59,879 bases of DNA from Bacteroidota bacterium. GTDB lineage: Bacteria > Bacteroidota > Bacteroidia > AKYH767-A > OLB10. The stretch covers positions 1-59,879 of the forward strand of contig JANNXV010000086.1 in the NCBI GenBank assembly GCA_031409815.1. The letters run 5' to 3'. Positions 37,522 through 49,000 of this stretch are shown here, one piece after another. Both the position numbers and the translations under genes were made by a program. The notes beneath the pieces were generated by a model that was not told where the DNA came from, ran no database searches, and worked only from the letters and a program-made list of their open reading frames with translations. Position 1 is the first letter of the stretch. Each line of letters begins with the position of its first letter.

Positions 37522-39050
37522 GATTTTTTTACTTTTTCAATAACCTTGTGACGGTCGACAAACTCAAATGCAGTTACAAATGCACCAACAGAAACTCCCA
37601 TTACACCATGTAAGCCAACATTTTGGCCGGTAAGAAACAAATTAGGGATTCTGGTTCTGGGACTAATAAATGATTTTGAAGGATTAGTACTGTCCTTCAA
37701 AATGCCATATAAAGAACCATCGTAATTGCCGGTGTAATCACGGTTTGTTAAAGGTGTAGAAGTATAAATGTTTTTTATTTTTTTGCGAATGTCAGGAAAT
37801 ACCTCTTCAACTTTTTTTAGCAGTTTTTCTGCACGATCATTCTTAAATTCCTGATATTTGGTACCACGGTTTTCAGGATGGGCTATGGTGTTATGTGAAT
37901 TTTCCCATTGCTTTGTTTCTTCAATATTCATGTAAGTCATTACGGCCATTGAGTCGGCATACTTCTCACTTTTGGTATTTGCAGGTGTGCAGATGAAAAA
38001 ACCGTCTGGCCATTCAGTAGGATTATAATCGATGCCAGACCAAACATCATCTTTATTGTATTGATAAATATTATAGTTAAGATATTCAAAACTTTCAGGA
38101 TGAAACGTGATATAAATAGTGAAACAAGATATGGTGTTTGTAACAGTTCGGACCCGTTTTTTATATGCAGGTAAAAATCTTTTTTCGCCAAAAACATCGA
38201 TGGTAGCGGCAGGATGCATATTGGAAATAAAATTTTTCCCCCGAACCAACTCACCACTTTCTAAAAGCAGCTCTTTTATGTTCCCATCCTCATAATAGTT
38301 GGCGCCAATTACATTTTTTCTTTTGTGTATTTCGCCACCCAAATCTCTTATTTGCTGGCACATAATTTTAGCAAGTTGCGAGCCGCCATCCACAATTTTA
38401 TAAGAGCCCATTATGTAGCTGTTTAATATAAGCGCATGCACATAAAAGGGAGTTTTGTCTTTAACTCCCGCATACAATGGATTGTTACCAGCTAATACAT
38501 TTCTAAGCCTTTCGTTTTTTGTAATTGAAGCAATGTATTCATATGCATTCAATTCGCGAGTTTCAAACGCACCTACATAATTTGGATTGATGTCGGGATC
38601 TAAATTATAAAGTGGAAATTTTAAGCAGGTTTCCTGTACAAAATCACAAAACTCCAGAATGGCTTTTTCTTCTTCCGGAAAATCCTGTATCAGAAATTTC
38701 TTAAAATTTTCATAACCATGTCCATGCTTATACTCTTTGCCATCCGCAAAACGAATCAGATCATGAAAATCATCATTCATTCGTTTAAGTTTCAATTTCC
38801 CAATCAAACCAAAATATTGAAATATGCTCCAAAGGGTTTGCCCTTCGTCTAGGCTACCTATATAGTGAACTCCTGTGTCGAAAACCGATTTATCGCGACT
38901 GAAAACCTGAACATTGCCTCCTATCTGATTGTTTTTGTCGAGCACAATAACGCTATGACCTTCAGCTGCCAGAATATAAGCGCAAGCAAGCGCTCCGAAA
39001 CCTCCTCCGGCAAAAACAAAGTCAAATTCCTTATCGGTTATCTTACTCAT
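37494..39050 (-). CDS. Phytoene desaturase / retinol saturase family FAD oxidoreductase
   Basis: GGGFGA, FDTGVHYIG, GGSQLA, STPLT.RDY, GSLYG, NLFLTGQ...HG. Confidence 0.85.
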   Translation of the reverse strand: MSKITDKEFDFVFAGGGFGALACAYILAAEGHSVIVLDKNNQIGGNVQVFSRDKSVFDTGVHYIGSLDEGQTLWSIFQYFGLIGKLKLKRMNDDFHDLIRFADGKEYKHGHGYENFKKFLIQDFPEEEKAILEFCDFVQETCLKFPLYNLDPDINPNYVGAFETRELNAYEYIASITKNERLRNVLAGNNPLYAGVKDKTPFYVHALILNSYIMGSYKIVDGGSQLAKIMCQQIRDLGGEIHKRKNVIGANYYEDGNIKELLLESGELVRGKNFISNMHPAATIDVFGEKRFLPAYKKRVRTVTNTISCFTIYITFHPESFEYLNYNIYQYNKDDVWSGIDYNPTEWPDGFFICTPANTKSEKYADSMAVMTYMNIEETKQWENSHNTIAHPENRGTKYQEFKNDRAEKLLKKVEEVFPDIRKKIKNIYTSTPLTNRDYTGNYDGSLYGILKDSTNPSKSFISPRTRIPNLFLTGQNVGLHGVMGVSVGAFVTAFEFVDRHKVIEKVKKSCEQKTLTF

Positions 39051-42000
39051 GATTTTTTTAGAATGAACAATACATTGGAGGTTTTTTTAGAATGTTCGGT
39101 CATTTCTAAATCCAGATTATTGTTTACTGCAAAGGACTTAATAAAATCCGAGGAGAAAAAATGAAAATCCTCTTCTTTTTTATTAAATCGGAATATTTTG
39201 GTAGAGAGCTGTTCGGTTTTTTTTGTGTTTTTGTGTCTGTTCTTCAAATCAGCTATTCCATCTCTGATAAAAACGATTCCATTTGGGTTTAATCCCGCTA
39301 GGCATTTGTTTAAGACCAATAGCTGCTTTTCTTCGGATAAGTAATGTAAAACATCATTTAAGAAGATCACATCCTGATTTTTTATTTCATACAGATTGAT
39401 GTCAGCATGTTCAAAGTTTAGATTCTCGTTTTTATCATACACATTTTGTGCAATTGCAATTTTATCTTCGTCATAATCCACTCCAACAATGTTTCTGTTT
39501 TCGTTTTTATAGTGAAGATAGAGTGGTAAAAAACCATAGCCACAACCGATGTCTAGAATATTAATTCGATCAGCAATTTGTTCATTATACGATTCATAAT
39601 TTTTTGATTCCAGTTTCCATTTAATACGCAAATACCATTCGAGTACTGGTCCCTTAAAAATATAGTTTTGATAAACCCTGTTCCATAAATAAGCAGCTGT
39701 TTCTCGCTCCTCTTTAAAAATGTTATGCTGTGCTTTAAAATATTTTGAGATGCTTTTTGTTCGTTCAGAATAGGTTGCACCCCAACTTGCATCCGCTGCT
39801 TTAATTCGGGGAAGCACTTTTAAATGCGTACTTCCTTTGTGTACATAAAAATCGTTTTTTGGTAAAACATCCGAAATGCCATGAAGCAAAACCGGAGTGA
39901 TGTCGAGATTTAATTCTTGCGCAAGATAAAATGCTCCTTTATGAAAGCGCAATAATTTACCATCGGGAGAGCGTGTGCCTTCCGGAAAAACAGCTATGGA
40001 ATAACCAGCAGCTATTCTTTCACGCACAATGTCAAGATTAGACTCTGCTCTGGTTTCTGAATAAATATATCCTACATAACGCACAAACGGGCCAAACAAA
40101 GGAGAACGATACACCCACTCTTTTACCATGATGATAATTTTGGGATGCAACATCATCACTAAAAGTATATCGAGAAAAGAAGAATGATTTGCGATAATGA
40201 TGGATGGATTTTTAATGTCAAGATTTTCTTTATTGAAAAATCTTTTGCGCACATGCACTCCCGCATACATCACACTGCCGGCAAAAAGCGACATGAGTGT
40301 GTTTAAGATTCTCCGCTTCATTGTCCGTGGTAATGGTATCAGCATCAGCACTGCAAAAATTAAATACATCAATACACAGCCACAAACGAAATAGGCAAAA
40401 TCAAAGCACGAAATCAGGAATGGGAAAAATGTGATTGGAGCTCTTTTCTTTTCAATCCTACGCTGAACAAAATAGTTGAATATAAAAGGTTGAAAGAGTA
40501 ACGAAATAATTAAGATGACAGCAATTCCCAAAACGCTTATCAAAGCGATGCCATGTATAGCAGGGTGTTTTGCAAAAAATAAAACGCCTGTTCCGATAAG
40601 AGTTGTGAGGGCAGATAACAGTATGGCCAGGTTGCCTGAGGCAATTGCATCTTTCTTGTATTTATATTTATTAAGCAATCCGTCATTCACAAAAATGCTG
40701 AAGTCGTCACCCAAACCAAAAATAAAAGTGGCAATAACAATGTTTACAAAATTGAATTTGATTCCTGTGAGCGCACAAATACCAAGTATCCAAACCCAGC
40801 TAACAGCCATTGGTAAAAACGCAAGCAATGCTAATTCTATTCTTCCATAAATGAGCAACAGTGTAAAAAAAACAGCGAGTGATGAAACCCAGAAAATGTA
40901 GTTGAAATCGTTCTTTACAATGTCGAGCAATGATGTTGCCATCTCTGACATTTCTAGTAATTCAGCTCCTTTAATTTTTCTTAATTCAGCTTTTACCTGT
41001 GCTAAGTTTTTATTCTCAACAACCACTGTTGTGATCAAGGTTGTTTTGTTGCCGCTTTGTTCAATCAGATTGTCAAGACCAAGTGCGCTGACAAGTGAAT
41101 CGCTTTGGAGAGTGGCTTCCTTATGGTCAATCCAGTTTTTAAATACTTCAAAAGCTTTGGTGTCAAAACCAAGACCGTCAGCCGTTTTATCCAATAAGTT
41201 AATCGTGCCTGCTTTTTTGTTTTGCCAGTAATTATTCCAGGCAATTTCTCGCTCATGTTTTATTGATTCAGGAATTTGAAATTGTGCTACTGAAAGAAAA
41301 CTTTTTACTTCACCGGTGTTTTTTAGTTGTTTAACTTTTTCAAATACACGATAATTATTTTCATTGGCAGTTTGATTATCACCTGCTGCAAAAACATAAA
41401 TTTTCTTTTCACTACGCGGATTAATTCCGGTTAGTTCAACTTCTTTGTCTTTCAAGTCTGAAGTATGATAACTTAAATTTTCCAATTGGCTATCGAACTC
41501 AGTATTGTTTGCGTATTGTAAAAAAATAAATGTGAGTATGATGATAATTACCATCGCAACTCCGCGAAAATATTTCGGGAACAAACGAATTTTTAACAAG
41601 CGTTCCTCTTCCTGAATGGTAGTGTAATCGAACTTGAATATTTTTAAAAGGATAGGTAAAAAACAAATGGTGAAAAATGCAGCTCCGGTCAAGCTCAATG
41701 CGCCAAACAAACCAAAATCCTGCAATATGGCAGAATTGGTAAACAACAATGCAATGAATGCAATAACGGTTGTAAAACTTCCGGTAAGTAAAGGAGCACT
41801 GATGTCCTTTATTGTTGTTGAAATGGAACGTGTATGTTTAAGGTGGGTGAAAAAGTGGAACGAAAAATCGAGCATAATACCAAACAGTATTGAACCACAC
41901 GCTATCGAAATACCTGAGATCGCGGGTTTTATTAATCCGATAATTCCAGATGCAAACAATCCACCAAACATTGCAGGGAGAATAAAGTAAATTGGGATAA

Positions 42001-42874
42001 CGATCTTTCTATAATAGACTATCAGGATGGTGAGAATGATAATTAGTGCAATCACGCCAGTATTCACTGCATCCTTTTTTATCTGAATAGCATTTTGTGC
42101 TGCTATCTGAAAAGTGCCGAAATAGGTAACACTATTATTTGGATGAGCGCCATTCCATTTGGATCTAAAATCTTCAAGTGTATGGTAGGCCTTTGTGTTG
42201 TTTACCGAATTGTGTGTGTCAAAGGAGGTTTTTGCTGTGATTAAAATCTTCTTTTTATCCTTAGTGTAAACAATTCCATTTTCCACCACCACACCTTCCG
42301 AGTTATTGGTTGCGTTGAGTTCAACAAAGAAATTGCTACTTAGAAAAAGTGGGTCGCGCAAAATATATTGCTTGGTAAAGGCACTTCCGGGACCAACTAA
42401 CTGGCGGTAAGCGGCATTAACAGATGATTTAATAGAATCAGGTTGCAACTTATTATCAAGAAGTCGATAATAAGTGGAGTCAATCAGCAGCGGGAAATTA
42501 TTGTAGAAATAATCATAAACAGTTTGCTCAACATCGGGTCGCATTGAAACAATGTTAGTGAGATAATTTTTTGAAACAATATTCAGTGAATCTGCAAAAT
42601 CATTCAGCACAGTTCTTATCGAATCCTCATTCTGAATGTGCCTAACATCAAGCGAAAACACCACCTGGTTGGTAATGCTTTTATTTTCAACTAACTTACT
42701 AAGTTGCTCAAACGATTTGCTTTTGGGAAGTGTAGAATAAATATTCTGGCTGACCTGCAATCTTGAAATCCCCATGAAAAGCACTCCAAGAATGGCGATC
42801 AGTACAGTGAAAAACAGCGCCTTGCGACTGGATAAATAATTTACGATCGTTGATATAATATTGCCTAAATTCAA
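39047..42874 (-). CDS. Trifunctional MMPL exporter / lysophospholipid acyltransferase / SAM methyltransferase
   Basis: Two MMPL TM repeats (GI.LDF, GLGDDF), NHSSFLD and FPEGTRS acyltransferase motifs, LDIGCGYG SAM motif; TTG start. Confidence 0.9.
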   Translation of the reverse strand: MNLGNIISTIVNYLSSRKALFFTVLIAILGVLFMGISRLQVSQNIYSTLPKSKSFEQLSKLVENKSITNQVVFSLDVRHIQNEDSIRTVLNDFADSLNIVSKNYLTNIVSMRPDVEQTVYDYFYNNFPLLIDSTYYRLLDNKLQPDSIKSSVNAAYRQLVGPGSAFTKQYILRDPLFLSSNFFVELNATNNSEGVVVENGIVYTKDKKKILITAKTSFDTHNSVNNTKAYHTLEDFRSKWNGAHPNNSVTYFGTFQIAAQNAIQIKKDAVNTGVIALIIILTILIVYYRKIVIPIYFILPAMFGGLFASGIIGLIKPAISGISIACGSILFGIMLDFSFHFFTHLKHTRSISTTIKDISAPLLTGSFTTVIAFIALLFTNSAILQDFGLFGALSLTGAAFFTICFLPILLKIFKFDYTTIQEEERLLKIRLFPKYFRGVAMVIIIILTFIFLQYANNTEFDSQLENLSYHTSDLKDKEVELTGINPRSEKKIYVFAAGDNQTANENNYRVFEKVKQLKNTGEVKSFLSVAQFQIPESIKHEREIAWNNYWQNKKAGTINLLDKTADGLGFDTKAFEVFKNWIDHKEATLQSDSLVSALGLDNLIEQSGNKTTLITTVVVENKNLAQVKAELRKIKGAELLEMSEMATSLLDIVKNDFNYIFWVSSLAVFFTLLLIYGRIELALLAFLPMAVSWVWILGICALTGIKFNFVNIVIATFIFGLGDDFSIFVNDGLLNKYKYKKDAIASGNLAILLSALTTLIGTGVLFFAKHPAIHGIALISVLGIAVILIISLLFQPFIFNYFVQRRIEKKRAPITFFPFLISCFDFAYFVCGCVLMYLIFAVLMLIPLPRTMKRRILNTLMSLFAGSVMYAGVHVRKRFFNKENLDIKNPSIIIANHSSFLDILLVMMLHPKIIIMVKEWVYRSPLFGPFVRYVGYIYSETRAESNLDIVRERIAAGYSIAVFPEGTRSPDGKLLRFHKGAFYLAQELNLDITPVLLHGISDVLPKNDFYVHKGSTHLKVLPRIKAADASWGATYSERTKSISKYFKAQHNIFKEERETAAYLWNRVYQNYIFKGPVLEWYLRIKWKLESKNYESYNEQIADRINILDIGCGYGFLPLYLHYKNENRNIVGVDYDEDKIAIAQNVYDKNENLNFEHADINLYEIKNQDVIFLNDVLHYLSEEKQLLVLNKCLAGLNPNGIVFIRDGIADLKNRHKNTKKTEQLSTKIFRFNKKEEDFHFFSSDFIKSFAVNNNLDLEMTEHSKKTSNVLFILKKS

Positions 42875-42902
42875 GAGGGGTCACCAATTTTAAGTGTAAG
42901 AG

Positions 42903-42923
42903 GGCAAAAGTATTATTTTTGCC
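42903..42923. promoter_or_regulatory. Back-to-back divergent -7 promoter elements (MMPL operon / ammonia-lyase operon)
   Basis: TACTTTTG on minus (42905-42912) and TATTTTTG on plus (42914-42921), 1 bp apart, forming a near-palindrome. Confidence 0.6.
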
Positions 42924-42937
42924 AACTATCTTCCAGA

Positions 42938-44509
42938 ATGTTTAGATTTTCAATTGATCAAATCGAAGAATACGCCTTTGGTAAAAAGCAATTTTTATTA
43001 GATAAGGATGCGTTAGAAAATGTTTCAAAGTCGTTTCATTTCTTAACCGATTTCTCCAAAAATAAAATTATTTACGGCATCAATACGGGCTTTGGTCCGA
43101 TGGCGCAATATAAAATTGACAATGCTCAACTCAATCAGCTTCAATACAATCTGATCAGGAGTCACTCAAGTGGTGTGGGCAATGTGTTGGGCGAAACTTA
43201 TGCACGCAGCGTAGTGCTTTCTCGCTTAATCAATTTTTTGCAGGGTCATTCCGGTGTGAGCAATGATGTGATTAATCAACTCATCTCATTTTTAAATAAT
43301 AATATTTTACCTGAAATTTTTGAGCACGGTGGAGTGGGAGCCAGTGGCGATTTAACGCAACTCGCCCATCTCGGCCTCAACCTGATCGGGGAAGGGTATG
43401 TTTATCACAATGGTGAGCGAACAAAAACTGCTGATGTTTTAAAGAAATGCAATATCCAGCCTTTAAAACTCCACTTGCGTGATGGACTTGGTATCATCAA
43501 CGGTACTTCATGTATGAGTGGTATCGCAGCAGTGAATTTAATTTATGCTTACCGTTTGTTGAATTGGGCAGTTGCAACTTCTGCCATCGTAAATGAAATT
43601 GTTTGTTCGTTTGATGATTCTTTTTCAGCAGAATTAAATAGCGTTAAACGTCATAAAGGGCAACAGCAGATTGCTGCCAAAGTGCGTTCGTTTTTATCTG
43701 ATAGTAAACTAATCAGAAACCGTATCGAATTGTTTGAAGATCATTCTGAATTTCAACGTGAAGAATTTACGAGTAAGATACAGGAATATTATTCCATCCG
43801 TTGTGTGCCACAGATATTAGGTCCCATTGCTGATACATTGGATTATGCAAAGCATATTATTGAAGACGAAATAAATTCCACCAACGATAATCCTGTAGTG
43901 ATGCCCGAAGAAGACAATGTTTTTCATGGCGGAAATTTTCATGGTGATTACATTTCACTGGAGATGGATAAAGTAAAATTGGCGCTCACCAAATTAAGTA
44001 TGCTTGCTGAACGCCAGTTGAATTTTTTATTGAATGACCATTTGAATGAAAAGTTTCCTCCTTTTTTGAATGCTGAAAAATTAGGTTTGAATTTCGGTTT
44101 GCAGGGTGTGCAATACACAGCAACTTCCACCACCGCTGAGAACCAGACGTTGTGTAATTCGATGTATGTGCACAGTATTCCAAGTAACAAGGACAACCAG
44201 GATATTGTGAGTATGGGAACCAACAGTGCCATCATCACCAAGAAAGTGTTAGAAAATTCTTTCCAGGTAATGGCTATTCATTTAATAGCAATTTGCCAGG
44301 CGATTGATTTATTAGATAAACCGGAAAAGGAAAAAATATCCTCCAATACAAAAGCGGTTTATAACATGATCCGAAAAAAAGTAAAATTTATTACAGAAGA
44401 TGTTTCTCATTATGATTCCATCCATACTGTTTGTGAGTTTATAAAGGAGTATAACCTCCCTTTTTGGAATAAGGAGGATGCCAGGACAAAAGTTGTAAAA
44501 AATCATTGA
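42938..44509 (+). CDS. Aromatic amino acid ammonia-lyase (HAL/TAL/PAL family; probable polyene starter supply)
   Basis: YGINTGFG, GASGDL (MIO-forming ASG), NGTS, QEYYSIRC.PQ, NDNP, GGNFHG, NQDIVSMG. Confidence 0.92.
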   Translation: MFRFSIDQIEEYAFGKKQFLLDKDALENVSKSFHFLTDFSKNKIIYGINTGFGPMAQYKIDNAQLNQLQYNLIRSHSSGVGNVLGETYARSVVLSRLINFLQGHSGVSNDVINQLISFLNNNILPEIFEHGGVGASGDLTQLAHLGLNLIGEGYVYHNGERTKTADVLKKCNIQPLKLHLRDGLGIINGTSCMSGIAAVNLIYAYRLLNWAVATSAIVNEIVCSFDDSFSAELNSVKRHKGQQQIAAKVRSFLSDSKLIRNRIELFEDHSEFQREEFTSKIQEYYSIRCVPQILGPIADTLDYAKHIIEDEINSTNDNPVVMPEEDNVFHGGNFHGDYISLEMDKVKLALTKLSMLAERQLNFLLNDHLNEKFPPFLNAEKLGLNFGLQGVQYTATSTTAENQTLCNSMYVHSIPSNKDNQDIVSMGTNSAIITKKVLENSFQVMAIHLIAICQAIDLLDKPEKEKISSNTKAVYNMIRKKVKFITEDVSHYDSIHTVCEFIKEYNLPFWNKEDARTKVVKNH

Positions 44510-44637
44510 TATATATTTCGTGGTTTGAAGCAATTAAAGCCTTGCTTATCTAATAAGTTAAGTTAAAGCAAAACAAACTGTAGTTCAGAAGCAACTAATG
44601 CACAACTTTACACGTCCTTAGTTTTAATTCATAACTG

Positions 44638-46059
44638 ATGCAAAAACTCCTCCTCCTTCTTTTTACCTTTTTCTTTTGCTCTGCTGCACAAGCACAAAGC
44701 ACTTTTGAAAAAGTGATTGATACTTTGGGAATACCAACTGCAAAGTGCGTGCAGCAAACATTTGATGGGGGCTTTGTGGTATGCGCAACAAGTTCTGTAG
44801 GTGGTAACAATGTAGTTGTTATTAAGCTTGATTCAACAGGAACTATTGAATGGGCAAAAACACATTACGGTTCGGGAAATGACATAGCACAACATATTGA
44901 ACAACTGCCCGATAGTGGTTATATAGTGGATGTACTGTATGATGGATTTCTTAATTCTAAAAACTGGTTGATACGTTTGGATATTAATGGAGACACACTC
45001 TGGACACAAAAATTATCTGTTGGGGTGGGTGCTACAAATGCCTATCAATTGGCTACAAATTACAATGGTAATTATGGTTTAACAGGTTATTTTACATCTA
45101 CAACTTCAAGTATTGATGCTTATTTGATTGTGACAAATGATTCAGGTGTACCACAAACTTCAAAAATATTCCCGACAAATTATGGTTCGGAGGGATATGG
45201 AATTTCCCGAACCTTCCAAAATAATTTTATTGTTACTGGTGCTAAGGCAGATTCATTCAACGATAATTTATATCTTTTCCTCACAGACTCTTTAGGTGAT
45301 ACTCTGTGGACGAAATCTTATGATAATTCGCAAGCAGATATAGGTAATGCAGTAGAACAGACCAGTGATGGGGGATTTATTGTTGTTGGAAATACCTGGA
45401 ACATTACATTCGGAAAATACAATATTTATTTAATTAAAGCCAAATCAAACGGAGATACTATCTGGACAAAAATGTTTGGTGGTGCAAATGAAATTGGAGG
45501 TAACGCAGTGCAACAAACCAAAGAAGGAGGATATATTGTGGCTGGCAGAATCGTAAATGGAATTCCGCTCCAGGCAGATGCTTACCTGTTAAAAACCGAT
45601 TCAATGGGAGACACACTTTGGTCAAGGCAATATGGAGGTAGTAGTGCTCAGGAGGCATCCTATGTCAGGCAAACGAAAGATGGTGGATACATTTTATGCG
45701 GAAGTTCAAGTGCCATTAATGGTGGAATCTATTTGATTAAGACAGATAGCATGGGCCTGGTGCAAAGCGGAACAGGAATAGCAGATATAAATAATCCGTT
45801 CGGATTTAATATTTATCCTAATCCCTGTATCGGTAATTTCTCCATAAATCTGAAAGGCATCAATTATAAAAATTCAAAAGTTGAAATATATAACATGTAT
45901 CATCAAAAAATATTTTCTCGACCTATTAAGAATATTAATTCAACAATGGAAATAGACTTGAGATCAGAAGTTAGTGGAATCTACCTTGTTGTATTGAAGA
46001 TAGGTGAAAATGTCTGCTCAAAAAAAATAATCATAGATAAACCCTTCGGTGAGAAATAA
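44638..46059 (+). CDS. T9SS-sorted beta-propeller-repeat protein
   Basis: Signal peptide; repeated QT.DGG.I..G / Y.IKTDS.GDT.W units; IYPNP...SGIYLV...SKKIII CTD. Confidence 0.85.
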   Translation: MQKLLLLLFTFFFCSAAQAQSTFEKVIDTLGIPTAKCVQQTFDGGFVVCATSSVGGNNVVVIKLDSTGTIEWAKTHYGSGNDIAQHIEQLPDSGYIVDVLYDGFLNSKNWLIRLDINGDTLWTQKLSVGVGATNAYQLATNYNGNYGLTGYFTSTTSSIDAYLIVTNDSGVPQTSKIFPTNYGSEGYGISRTFQNNFIVTGAKADSFNDNLYLFLTDSLGDTLWTKSYDNSQADIGNAVEQTSDGGFIVVGNTWNITFGKYNIYLIKAKSNGDTIWTKMFGGANEIGGNAVQQTKEGGYIVAGRIVNGIPLQADAYLLKTDSMGDTLWSRQYGGSSAQEASYVRQTKDGGYILCGSSSAINGGIYLIKTDSMGLVQSGTGIADINNPFGFNIYPNPCIGNFSINLKGINYKNSKVEIYNMYHQKIFSRPIKNINSTMEIDLRSEVSGIYLVVLKIGENVCSKKIIIDKPFGEK

Positions 46060-46094
46060 ATCCGTATTGAAATAATTAACAAATATAAAACAAA

Positions 46095-49000
46095 ATGAAA
46101 CAATCAATCCACTTAGTCTTAGTATTCGTTATTTGTAATTGCATACCTGCATGGTCGCAAACCCAAATGAGGAAATGGTATATTTCACCCAACGATGTAA
46201 CGATTCCTTTGGTAGGGGCCGCATCAGTTGGAACAATACTTACTCCGTTATGGTTGGCCGGGATGTCGGCTCCAACAGCAGGGCGAGTGGCCAATGGCAT
46301 GTATGATATAAATAACAACCTGATTTTTTATGTTTCCGATAATGCTGTTTATGATAGTAAAAACAGCCTGATAGGCAACATTAATCCTGGAGGTACCGGT
46401 ACTGAAATTGTTATAGCGCCTTTTGGCGATAATGATCTTGCTTACCCAATTTGCCAAAACAAGTACAATATATTTACCACTGCGGGCGGGTTTTCTGATG
46501 GTGCGGTATTAGTACAAACTGTTCTGGACATGAACAGTTATTCTTTAACAAGTACAGTAATTGACAATATTTTATGGACCTGTGGCGGATGTCCCGGACA
46601 AGAATTTGGAGCAATTGCCCTTAGTTCAGTGGTGCAAACCAATGGAGACCGTTATCTTTATTTTCTTGGAGGACCAGGAACCGTGGGTGCTACTCAAGGT
46701 CAAATTAATAAGGAAATTGTACACAATGACGGATCTGTCACAATTACTGCAACACCTTTAAATCCATTTTATCCAACTACTACTTATCCTAATCAAAATG
46801 CGGGAGGAGAAGTTTTTACACGTGAACTTGATTTATCTCCTGATGGTCAATGGCTGGGTTGGGCAAGTTTTGCATCCGTTTATATGGTTGTTAATGGAAT
46901 AATTCTGCCAGATCAATATCGTTATCATTTTTTACACTTGAATCCTGTTACTGGCGATTTGGATATTAACCCTTTCAATCAGGTTTATTGGTCATTCAAT
47001 CTTCCTGATCCCAATCCAATCCTTAACAACTACAATTATAATTATGATCATGAAGGTTTTAGGGGTGTTGAGTTTTGGCAGGACGCATCAGGTAATACCA
47101 AGCTGTTTATGGGAGATGGCAGTGATGGTATTTATGTTACGGATGTTCCGCACATGACCTATTATAAGAAGATTCAAAATTCAAGTCCTGACTTTGGTTT
47201 CTCGCAAATTGAATTTGGACATAATAGTATGATGTATGCAAGTTCTACATTAACCAACGCGAATGTGTGTTATTTCAATCCAACACCATTAACGCCAGCA
47301 ATAAATATAGGCGCAACGTTCACATTAATCTCACCACCTGGAATACCGGGTTTTGAAGCTTTGCCCGACCAGATTGATGGACAGAATTATGATGCTATAA
47401 TACCCACTTACATAACAGCCATGATTCAGGCAGCTTCATCAAGTGTTTATACTTTTTCAGGTACAACAACAACCTGGGCTTATGGAACTGGTAGCAACCC
47501 ATGGAATGCAAGTAACGCTGTTCAGATAATTGCCAAGTTGATAATTTCAGGTAATTCAAATTTAACAATTAATGGAATGACATTTAAATTTAGCCCCACT
47601 GCAAAGGTGATAATTGAAAAGGGCAGTTCACTCACACTTAATGGTGCCACTTTTACTTCAGATTATGATTTTGATAATTGTCCTGATCATCCTTATACAT
47701 GGCAAGGTGTAGAAGTACGGGGCGATAAAACATTAAATCAATTCGTTGCAAATGCGCAAGGAAAACTCACTTTAATTAACTCAACTATCAAGTATGCACA
47801 ATGGGGAGCGCGTGCCTATAATTCAGATACACAAAGTTCAACCGGAGGTATCATCATAGCGAGCGGAAGTACCTTTAGGAATAATAATGTGGATGTTGAA
47901 TTTAATCCTTATGAGAATAAAAGAACATTTTTAAATGGAAGCGCGTATGTGTATAATAACAGAAGCTCGTTCACAGATTGTGATTTTATCTCTGACATAA
48001 GTTATCCTTTTTCAACCCGCGCAGTTCATGCAAAAATTGAAAGTTGCATAGGTATTCGATTTGCAGCTTGCGATTTTGTTAATGCTTCATCTGCTGTGGT
48101 AACTATTAAGCCTGTTCTCAAGCATAGTATTGGAATAAGAGCCATGGACGGAGGATTTACCGTTAGCCCAAATTCAACATTTGTAAATTTTATTCGTGGT
48201 ATAGAAACATTAAGAATTTCAGCTAACCAGCCGTTTCGTGCTTATCATTCCGATTTTACTGATAATGCTACCGGCATTCTCGCCAGAGGAATTAATAATT
48301 TTGTTGTTCAACAATGCACACTTTATGTCGGAGGCAATCAAAATGCCATTTCGCAGGTTGGTCTATCCATGAATAATGGAAGTGGTTTTACTGTTGAAGA
48401 AAATAATTTTATACCATCAACAAATCCTGCTTCAGGAACTTTTAAGTATGGAGTCGTAATAGTAAACAGTGGTGCGGCTGATAACCAAGTTTATAAGAAT
48501 GAGTTTACAGGTTTAAACTACGGCAATATCGCCAAAGGTATTAACCGCAATAACACCGATCCATCATTCCATGGCTTGCAATATTTGTGCAACACATGCA
48601 CTTTAAACACAAATGCTGATTTAACTATTACCACCAATGGAATTTATACACCGCCTGGAATAAGAAGCTTTCAGGGCAATGCAAATAGTCCAACTGGAAA
48701 TACTTTTACTCAGAGTGCGGTGGCGGGAATAAATAATTACACCTCAGATGTACTTAATTATTTTAGCTCTATAACACAAGTACCTTCAAATATTGTAAAC
48801 GTAAATGTATTAACTGCTTCGGGTAATAATAATTGTCCGTCAAACATTGGTACCGGAGGCATCGGCAGCAGACTTTCCGTTGAAGAGACTCAACAACTCA
48901 ATCACAGTTACGATACATCAGAAACAGCATATCTAAATCTACTCTATTCTTACAATCAGTTGATGGATGGTGGCAGCACCAATGCTTTACTTACGCAAAT

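Noticed and set aside
44490-44552. Alternative-frame peptide ...YISWFEAIKALLI* after the ammonia lyase, reminiscent of a lyase C-terminal helix
   Set aside because: Too short and low in information; the real ORF already has an equivalent helix, so chance is likely
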